From: Macrostomum lignano
Taxonomy: Eukaryota
Reading direction: 5' to 3'
Length of the DNA stretch: 64,000 nucleotides
Assembly: GCA_002269645.1 (NCBI GenBank)
Contig: NIVC01002089.1
Span: 124,001 to 188,000 of the forward strand
In this document: in pieces, positions 35,836-45,379 of the stretch
Layout of the letters: each line of letters opens with the position of its first letter
Position numbering within the stretch: position 1 is the stretch's first letter
Notes under the pieces: generated by a model
The model's database searches: none
What the model saw: only the letters and a program-made list of their open reading frames with translations
Told to the model about the DNA's origin: nothing
Position numbers and translations under genes: made by a program

Positions 35836-36669
35836 CAGTCTCTGTCAGTTTCCCCTTGGCTTTTTCACTGTTCCGAGAAGACTAAAAGAGAGTTCTCTAG
35901 TTGGTTCCTGCTTATGGCCAAGCTAGCAACGAGTGATTTGTGTAGAATTCCCCGCGTCTGGTGTTCCAATGCAAAAGTCGCATGAAAGTCAGTTGACTGC
36001 CTATTCTCAAATTTAAAGTCATTTTTTGAGTCCGTCAAATGTTTCATAATGATAAAAAAAGGCATGGCGTTAACAGCTTTGCAATGACCAGAGCTTTTTT
36101 GGATGGAAAGTTTGTGAAATTCGAGTTTTATTTATTTATTTTTCTATGTTAGACTACTACAAGTAGCACGTAAAATACGAGCTCGTTACGATACTGGCTT
36201 GCTCTGTACGGTTTGCTGGGGAACTTATTGATTTTTTAGCGACTGTCTACACTTTGCATACGAAACCTTGGCTTGCATTTTTCTCATGTTTGGCTCGAGC
36301 TCCCTCCCTACCTGGGCCCGTCTGACTGGCTAAACATTGAGCCTCTCTTTCTTTCTGCCCAATACCTGAAGGCAGACAGAACTCCCACTGTCTGTTAACT
36401 GTGCCATTTTCGCCTTGTTTTGATCTCCTATGAGGTGTTGCAGCTGATCAGTGGAAAGGATCTTAAATTAATAGAATAGAAACTTTTATTTCCGTCTGAT
36501 ATAGTCTCAAGTTCTCAACAGCAGGTCCTGTTTGGCTCAATAGTTTCATGCTGCGATTGAGAGAAAGCTTAACTGAGGTTGTTTGTCGCTTTGTGCAGGT
36601 AATTTCTGTGAGAATTTGTGATTTAAAATTTGTGAATTCTAAGTTGTGAATTCTGGATTTTCTGACTGA

Positions 36670-37215
36670 TGCGGGATTTCCAATAACCGCATTCGGGATT
36701 TCCAATAACCGCATTCGGGATTTCCAATAACCGCATTCGGGATTTCCAATAACCGCATTCGGGATTTCCAATAACCGCATTCGGGATTTCCAATAACCGC
36801 GTTCGGGATTTCCAATAACCGCATTCGGGATTTCCAATAACCGCATTCGGGATTTCCAATAACCGCATTCGGGATTTCCAATAACCGCATTCGGGATTTC
36901 CAATAACCGCGTTCGGGATTTCCAATAACCGCATTCGGGATTTCCAATAACCGCATTCGGGATTTCCAATAACCGCATTCGGGATTTCCAATAACCGCAT
37001 TCGGGATTTCCAATAACCGCATTCGGGATTTCCAATATCCGCATTCGGGATTTCCAATATCCGCATTCGGGATTTCCAATATCCGCATTCGGGATTTCCA
37101 ATGTCTGAAGAGGGGATTTCCAAGAACTGAAGTGAGGATTTCCAAGAACTGAAGTGAGGATTTCCAAGAACCGAAGTGAGGATTTCCAAGAACTGAAGTG
37201 GGGATTTCCAAAGAT
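36670..37215. repeat. 22-bp minisatellite (GGGATTTCCAATAACCGCATTC) grading into a GAGGATTTCCAAGAACTGAAGT variant
   Basis: About 19 plus 5 copies; 22-aa period in ORF translations. Confidence 0.95.
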
Positions 37216-37542
37216 TTCGACCACTGAAGCCAGTACCGTTTTGTCTGCTAGGAATAGAGGTTTAATCCGCTCATTTATCAATAAAATAAAGATTAGCGTT
37301 ATAGATATTTTCTAAGAAATAAAAACTTCTATGATTGAAAATCCCGCAGCCCAAACAGGCGGAGGCGTCGGTAGCGTCAGCCGCGGCAGATTACGAGTTG
37401 TTATCAAACGAGTCTTTCATTGAGGACAGTTCGCTAGCCGTATATCAGTCCTCCCTACGTACAGGAACTGCTCATTTTTATCACTGGCAGCATTGTTATT
37501 CTGCCGCGTCCGCGCGTCTGCAGCGGAAAAAATCTTCGGCAG

Positions 37543-37563
37543 TGACGTCATTGGCTATAAATA
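37543..37563 (+). promoter_or_regulatory. Candidate Pol II core promoter of the LNX gene: CRE, inverted CCAAT and TATA box
   Basis: TGACGTCA (37543-37550), ATTGG (37550-37554) and TATAAATA (37556-37563) are abutted, ~170 bp upstream of a strong donor GCA|GTGAGT at 37737. Confidence 0.6.
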
Positions 37564-37769
37564 GTAACAGCGTTAAAGCAGATAAACTGGCTTCAATAGA
37601 GCGCCAATCTTTGTCGTCGGCTTGGGTCCCGGTCTCTGCTGGCAACGGGCAGCTGAGAGAGTCGCCAACTGCTGCTGCTGTTGCTACTACTAGTAGTATT
37701 ACTAATGGCAGCAGTAATGGAAATGCTTTTGTTGCAGTGAGTAGCCTTTTTTGTTAGCTTATGGACTCT

Positions 37770-38365
37770 AAGTTGGATTAGTGTCAGCTTATATAGATGC
37801 CAAGTTGTATTAGTGTCAGCTTATATAGATGCCAAGTTGTATTAGTGTCAGCTCATATAGATGCCAAGTTGTATTAGTGTCAGCTCATATAGATGCCAAG
37901 TTGTATTAGTGTCAGCTTATATAGATGCCAAGTTGTATTAGTGTCAGCTCATATAGATGCCAAGTTGTATTAGTGTCAGCTCATATAGATGCCAAGTTGT
38001 ATTAGTGTCAGCTTATATAGATGCCAAGTTGTATTAGTGTCAGCTCATATAGATGCCAAGTTGTATTAGTGTCAGCTTATATAGATGGCAAGTTGTATTA
38101 GTGTCAGCTTATATATATGCCAAGTTAGATTAGTGTCAGCTTATATAGACACCAAGATGGATTAGTGTCAGCTTATATAGACACCAAGTTAGATTAGTTT
38201 CAGCTTATATAGACACCAAGTTAGATTAGTGTCAGCTTATATAGACACCAAGTTAGATTAGTTTCAGCTTATATAGACACCAAGTTAGATTAGTGTCAGC
38301 TTATATAGATGCCAAGTTAGATTAGTGTCAGCTTATAAAGATGCCAAGTTGGATTAGTGTCAGCA
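37770..38365. repeat. 32-bp minisatellite (GTGTCAGCTTATATAGATGCCAAGTTGTATTA) at the start of putative LNX intron 1
   Basis: GTGTCAGC occurs at 37781 and 37813; about 18 copies. Confidence 0.95.
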
Positions 38366-38814
38366 GATACGATCTTCTATACAGGCTCTATGGTGATACG
38401 TAATCAATGGTTTAGTTTAAAAGTACAATTGCTGGGAAACATACGAGTTTCCTAGAAACAATATATCAGCCAATTTTGCACAATCTGCAGTGGATTATCA
38501 GCTATAGTATCTGATGAATATGTGAAGCATAGTATGGTATTAATTCTGTATACAGCATTACTAACTGCCTAGGCTTGTCCCCGCATTCAATTATATACAT
38601 GTAGCATAAATTGGTGTGCGTGTTCCCCCCCCCCCCCAAGATTGCAAACAGCTTGTGTGCAGGTCGCTGGAATGTTTAGCAATGGGAGAAACTCTACACT
38701 TTTTGGGGCCTGCAGCCAGCACGTTTGAGGCTTGAAGTAACCGCTCTCATTCCTGCAGCTCTGGATACTGCGTACAATCTCAGGGACAGGGAAGCTTGCA
38801 TCTCTTCTGTTCTG

Positions 38815-39345
38815 ACTCTCGGATAATCCTGACTGACTCTCAGATAATTCTGACTGACTCTCAGATATTCCTGACTGACTCTCAGATAATCCTGACTGAC
38901 TCTCAGATAATCCTGACTGACTCTCAGATATTCCTGACTGACTCTCAGATAATCCTGACTGACTCTCAGATAATCCTGACTGACTCTCAGATAATCCTGA
39001 CTGACTCTCAGATAATCCTGACTGACTCTCAGATAATCCTGACTGACTCTCAGATATTCCTGACTGACTCTCAGATATTCCTGACTGACTCTCAGATAAT
39101 CCTGACTGACTCTCAGGTATTCCTGACTGACTCTCAGATATTCCTCACTGACTTTCAGATAATTCTGATTGACTCTCAGATATTCCTGACTGACTCTCAG
39201 ATATTCCTGACTGACTCTCAGATAATTCTGACTGACTCTCAGGTATTCTTGACTGACTCTCAGATATTCCTCACTGACTTTCAGATAATTCTGACTGACT
39301 CTCAGATATTCCTGACTGACTCTCAGATATTCCTGACTGACTTTC
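38815..39345. repeat. 21-bp minisatellite (CTGACTGACTCTCAGATAATC)
   Basis: About 25 copies; 7-aa period. Confidence 0.95.
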
Positions 39346-41474
39346 ACTGTCCTTGATCAGGCACTCTGACCAATCAGAGATGAGCCTGCTTGTAGCCAGT
39401 CGCAAATGGCCAGTCCAGATTCTCGCATTTATCTAGTAGTCCTTGGTCCTCTCCGCTATCTCTCTCCCTCTTTCGATATTTAAAGCATTGCCGAATTTGT
39501 GTATATATACATACGATCTGTGCATGAAAGTACGGCGGGGATATGTGTGCTTGAAATGCGCGCTTCGAATCGTGTATATACACACATTCACATATGCACT
39601 GTGGCCCCTGTGTCTCCGGGCCTGCGCGTGCCTCACTTCAGGCTTGCTTTTTTATCCAGTGAAGTCCTGCAGCTAGTCAGGCCTGTGTTCTGTGTCTAGC
39701 ATGTCTCTGTAAACGATTTCAACCAAAATCTAGTTGTGGGACGATGAGCCAGTAAGTAGTATAGAAAAAAATGCGAGCGAAGCGAGAATTTTTTTCTATA
39801 CTGCTTACTTTTGCGAAATCGTCCCTGATAAGATGTAACGTGGTTGCACACACTAAAAATGACGTTTTTCAACTTTTAAACGCTGCCAATAAAAAACGGT
39901 ACAACCGATTTACAAACAGTTTTTGCCAAAATGTGTCAAAGACCTAGCGCTATCGGATGCACAATAGTTGGTTGCTATGGCAACGCGTTTTGGTTGCCAT
40001 GGCAACCAAAAACTGCGTTTTTTCGACTTTGTCAAAAACTTTGATCTCAAAAAATAAGGATTGAGAATATGGCAGCGCTTAGCGAGTGGGCTCAGTAAAC
40101 GCGGGCATTCAAACGCTACAATGATCAGAAATGGATTTTTTGATTGTACTTTAACTTTTAGGGTAAAAGTGCAAAAAACGTGTTTTCTGAGGTCGAAAAA
40201 TCGGCATTTTTTTCAACTTTGCCTCACCGCAGCGAAAAGGACGCGCGATAGCGCGGCCTTTGAGCTGCCTCATAGCGTCAATAACACCTGGGGCTGTTTG
40301 ATGCGCTATAGTTTTTAGGGCTAAAATGTACTTTTCACATGGCTGCCTATCTGCTGTTTAAAAGTACAAATTTTTAGTGCACTTTTGTGAGGCCTATGGC
40401 GTCGAGATGGAAAACTTTATTTTTGCTGTTTTGTATACCAAATAACTCAAATGGATGTCTTTTAATCGGAAACATCGAGATTTGGCCGATTGGGCCATCA
40501 ATAACCTGCCCAGGTGCCAAAGAGTGCCTAAAAACGACATTTTCGAAAAATTGGGTCACGTTTTAAAAAAGTAGTCCTCAAACTTGAAAAAGTGTTTTAT
40601 GCTACAGTGTTGAGACTTTAACACGACGTGTCAAACATATGGAAATTTGTTTTCCTAAATTTTCTAAGCATTTGGACCTACCTGTGCTGAGCAGTGACCC
40701 GGAAACCAGGGAAAAAAGAGGCCGGGGGGCACTGCAGAAAATCAGACGTTGTTAAGGAAATTTTTTTAAAATGGGGCAAAGTTTTTCGAGTATGGCGTCA
40801 AATTGTAGCCTATCGGATGCCCTTTTGAATGACATAAAACACTCCTGAAAAAACCTCTGTTAACAGGTACTTTTTACCTGTTAAGTGAAAAACGGCCCAT
40901 TCGGGGTACAAACTTTGAAGTCGAAAAATAAGAATTTTTGCGCACCGATTTTTCTGCATTTTCAATATTGTTTAGTCGAATAGCTAAAGTTACACCGGTC
41001 ATACGCCAATATGGCTGGAAAATTCGTATTTTTGAGAAAATTGGCTCCGAATTTTTAGAAGGCTATTTTTGGGCAAATTTTGAGCATACTTTTGCTAATA
41101 ACTCTGCATTGGCAAGGCCTAGAGACTCAATTTTGGTGTCTAAAAACAGCACTATGGATGCACTGTGCAACTAAATTAGTTTTGAAAACTGATTCTTAAG
41201 TTAATAGGTCTTAATACCTGTTTGAATACCTGTCAGAACAGGTGAAAATGCACAATTTGGCGCCTAGGAGGCGTAAAATTTGTTGACATACTTTAAAAAT
41301 GCATTAGATGAATGCGCCTTGATGTTATCTCTGTAACGACATGCAACTCGCATTTTTAGATGAAGGCGCTGCGATGCAGCGAGCAGAAATGTATGAAAAA
41401 GCAGCAAAAATCGTAAAAGTGGCTACCATAGGGAATATTCGATATAAAGGGCGTGCACTGTAGAGCTTCGCTTA

Positions 41475-41562
41475 AGCAAGAGATGGATCGGGGCCGAAGG
41501 CAGTTGCTTTGTAAATGGCCTAAACACGGGTTCGAATCCCAAGTGGGCCAAGTTTTTTTTTT
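41475..41562 (+). ncRNA. tRNA-like / Pol III remnant (B box and oligo-T); probably a SINE head or pseudo-tRNA, not a functional tRNA
   Basis: GGTTCGAATCCC at 41529-41540 and a T-run at 41553-41562. I could not fold a convincing cloverleaf or A box by eye. Confidence 0.3.
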
Positions 41563-41658
41563 AAATTTAATTTTTTTAGCAGGAACGGATTTATTAGTAT
41601 TTTCAATTCTCTTTCACTTGAATATAATTTAATATTGATTGTTTAATTTTCATTTCCT

Positions 41659-41981
41659 TCTATACCTTATTAAAGAGTAAGAGTGAAGCTGAAAGTGCGG
41701 CACAGATGATTTGTTAGTGCAGAAAAAATATTACGATACATATCGGCAAGTATCATGTGTTGCGCGGTCGCCAAAGGCTTACAAGCAGTTTTAGCATGCT
41801 AAAAAGATGTGTTAGAGGTGAGAAGAGTTGCGGAGGGGTGGGGTGGGGGAGCGGGGGTGTGGGGGCGGCAGCCCCCACGTTACGCAAACCCCACAACAAC
41901 AACCACCCTCCCCAACAACAACGCGCGGGAGGGGTGGGGGAGCGGGGTGTGGGGGCGGCCAGCCCCCCACTATACCACTAG
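41659..41981 (+). mobile_element. Non-autonomous Helitron-like element seeding the downstream satellite
   Basis: The 5' end is TCTATACCTTATTAAAGAG (41659). GC hairpins GTGGGGGC-GGCA-GCCCCCAC lie at ~41858-41879 and ~41948-41970, the second followed by TATACCA and CTAG (41978-41981). Confidence 0.5.
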
Positions 41982-44288
41982 AAAAACTAATGCCAGGGGC
42001 GTGGGGGGCGGCCAGCCCCCACTATACCACTAGACTAACTAATGCCAGGGGCGTGGGGGCGGCTAGCCCCCACTATACCACTATACCACTAGACTAACTA
42101 ATGCCAGGGGCGTGGGGGCGGCCAGCCCCCACTATACCACTAGAAAAACTAATGCCAGGGGCGTGGGGGCGGCTAGCCCCCTACTATACCACAAGACTAA
42201 CTAATGCCAGGGGCGTGGGGGCGGCCAGCCCCCACTATACCACTAGACTAACTAATGCCAGGGGCGTGGGGGGCGGCCAGCCCCCCACTATACCACTAGA
42301 CTAACTAATGCCAGGGGCGTGGGGGGCGGCCAGCCCCCACTATACCACTAGACTAACTAATGCCAGGGGCGTGGGGGCGGCCAGCCCCCCACTATACCAC
42401 TAGACTAACTAATGCCAGGGGCGTGGGGGCGGCAAGCCCCCCCCCCCACTATACGAGCGTACCACTAGAAGAACTAATGCCAGGGGCGTGGGGGGCGGCT
42501 AGCCCCCACTATACCACTAGACTAACTAATGCCAGGGGTGTGGGGGGCGGCCAGCCCCCCACTATACCACTAGACTAACTAATGCCAGGGGCGTGGGGGG
42601 CCCAGCCCCCCACTATACCACTAGACTAACTAATGCCAGGGGCGTGGGGGGCGGCAAGCCCCCACTATACGAGCGTACCACTAGACTAACTAATGCCAGG
42701 GGCGTGGGGGCGGCCAGCCCCCCACTATACCACTAGACTAACTAATGCCAGGGGCGTGGGGGGCGGCCAGCCCCCACTATACCACTAGACTAACTAATGC
42801 CAGGGGCGTGGGGGGCGGCCAGCCCCCACTACACCACTAGACTAACTAATGCCAGGGGCGTGGGGGCGGCCAGCCCCCCACTATACCACTAGACTAACTA
42901 ATGCCAGGGGCGTGGGGGCGGCAAGCCCCCCCCACTATACGAGCGTACCACTAGAAGAACTAATGCCAGGGGCGTGGGGGCGGCTAGCCCCCACTATACC
43001 ACTAGACTAACTAATGCCAGGGGCGTGGGGGGCGGCCAGCCCCCCACTATACCACTAGACTAACTAATGCCAGGGGCGTGGGGGCGGCCAGCCCCCACTA
43101 TACCACTAGACTAACTAATGCCAGGGGCGTGGGGGCGGCCAGCCCCCCACTATACCACTAGACTAACTAATGCCAGGAGCGTGGGGGCGGCCAGCCCCCC
43201 ACTATACCACTAGACTAACTAATGCCAGGGGCGTGGGGGCGGCCAGCCCCCACTATACCACTAGACTAACTAATGCCAGGGGCGTGGGGGGCGGCCAGCC
43301 CCCCACTATACCACTAGACTAACTAATGCCAGGGGCGTGGGGGGCGGCCAGCCCCCCACTATACCACTAGACTAACTAATGCCAGGGGCGTGGGGGGCGG
43401 CCAGCCCCCACTATACCACTAGACTAACTAATGCCAGGGGCGTGGGGGGCGGCCAGCCCCCCACTATACCACTAGACTAACTAATGCCAGGGGCGTGGGG
43501 GCGGCCAGCCCCCCACTACACCACTAGACTAACTAATGCCAGGGGCGTGGGGGCGGCCAGCCCCCCACTATACCACTAGACTAACTAATGCCAGGGGCGT
43601 GGGGGCGGCAAGCCCCCCCCCCACTATACGAGCGTACCACTAGAAGAACTAATGCCAGGGGCGTGGGGGCGGCTAGCCCCCCACTATACCACTAGACTAA
43701 CTAATGCCAGGGGCGTGGGGGCGGCCAGCCCCCACTATACCACTAGACTAACTAATGCCAGGGGCGTGGGGGGCGGCCAGCCCCCACTATACCACTAGAC
43801 TAACTAATGCCAGGGGCGTGGGGGGCGGCCAGCCCCCCACTATACCACTAGACTAACTAATGCCAGGAGCGTGGGGGGCGGCCAGCCCCCCACTATACCA
43901 CTAGACTAACTAATGCCAGGGGCGTGGGGGCGGCCAGCCCCCACTATACCACTAGACTAACTAATGCCAGGGGCGTGGGGGGCGGCCAGCCCCCCACTAT
44001 ACCACTAGACTAACTAATGCCAGGGGCGTGGGGGGCGGCCAGCCCCCCACTATACCACTAGACTAACTAATGCCAGGGGCGTGGGGGCGGCCAGCCCCCC
44101 ACTATACCACTAGACTAACTAATGCCAGGGGCGTGGGGGGCGGCGAGCCCCCCACTATACCACTAGACTAACTAATGCCAGGGGCGTGGGGGGCGGCCAG
44201 CCCCCACTATACCACTAGACTAACTAATGCCAGGGGCGTGGGGGCGGCCAGCCCCCACTAGACCACTAGACTAACTAATGCCAGGGGC
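41945..44288. repeat. 51-53-bp GC-rich satellite, ~44 copies
   Basis: The unit is ATGCCAGGGGCGTGGGGGCGGCCAGCCCCCACTATACCACTAGACTAACTA (ATGCC at 42101 and 42152). Variant units with CGAGCG insertions recur. Confidence 0.97.
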
Positions 44289-44597
44289 ATATGTCATAGC
44301 CATAAAAGGATAAAAACACAATATATAAACCATCGTCCCACCTTTGAAGACGACAGCGTCTTCATTCACTAGTTTAGCCGTGCAGAATTATTAGCGAAAT
44401 TTTAGTATATGGATGTTGCTGCAATTAACTATTGACAATTGTTTAAACTGCGGACTTAAACAGCGTCTATTAGTAAGTGTATTTGACAAATTTCTTCTAA
44501 AAATAAAGCTGTTCTTTACTACTCATTTTTGGCCACTTTTTACTCAATGGTTTGCTTAACAAGCGCTTGACATTGAAATTAGTGTATTAAGCATTAC

Positions 44598-44645
44598 ATG
44601 CAGACAGACAGGCAGACAGACAGACAGACATACAGACAGGCAGGC

Positions 44646-44678
<33 letters not shown>

Positions 44679-44961
44679 GGCAGACAGACAGACAGGCAGA
44701 CAGGCAAACAGACAGACAGGCAAATAGACAGACAGACAGACAGGCAGGCAAGCAGACAGACAGGCAAACAGACAGTCAGACAGACAGACAGGCAGACAGA
44801 CAGGCAGACATACAGACAGGCAGGCAGACAGACAGACAGGCAGGCAGGCAGACAGACAGGCAAACAGAGAGACAGGCAAACAGACAGACAGACAGGCCGA
44901 CAGACAGACAGAAGGACAGACAGACAGACAGACAGACAGGCAGGCAAGCAGACAGACAGGC

Positions 44962-44998
<37 letters not shown>

Positions 44999-45215
44999 GG
45001 CAGACAGACAGGCAAACAGACAGACAGGCAAATAGACAGACAGACAGACAGGCAAACAGACAGACAGGCAAATAGACAGACAGACAGACAGGCAGGCAAG
45101 CAGACAGACAGGCAAATAGACAGGCAGACAGACAGGCAGACATACAGACAGGCAGGCAGACAGACAGACAGGCAGACAGACAGGCAAACAGACAGACAGG
45201 CCGACAGACAGACAC
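44598..45215. repeat. (CAGA)n/(CAGG)n compound microsatellite just upstream of the LNX exon 2 acceptor
   Basis: Seen directly. Confidence 0.95.
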
Positions 45216-45379
45216 AGGCCTTCCCCACCCCTCCCCAGGTGACGTCATCCAGCAGTCTCAACCAGCTGCGCGACCCCCTACAAGAGCCGAAGTCGGCAGC
45301 GGAACCCGACGCCTCAGCGGATCCATATTTTCTGCTTCCATTTTTCTCCACCGCCCAGCAGCAGCAGTTTCCGGTTACC

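Noticed and set aside
36463-39356. ORFs of 186-272 aa with 22-aa or 7-aa periodicity
   Set aside because: They are minisatellite read-throughs with no protein family signal.
41945-44288. Regular 51-53-bp array resembling a CRISPR locus
   Set aside because: There are no unique spacers, the whole unit is repeated, no cas genes are present, and the context is eukaryotic and intronic.
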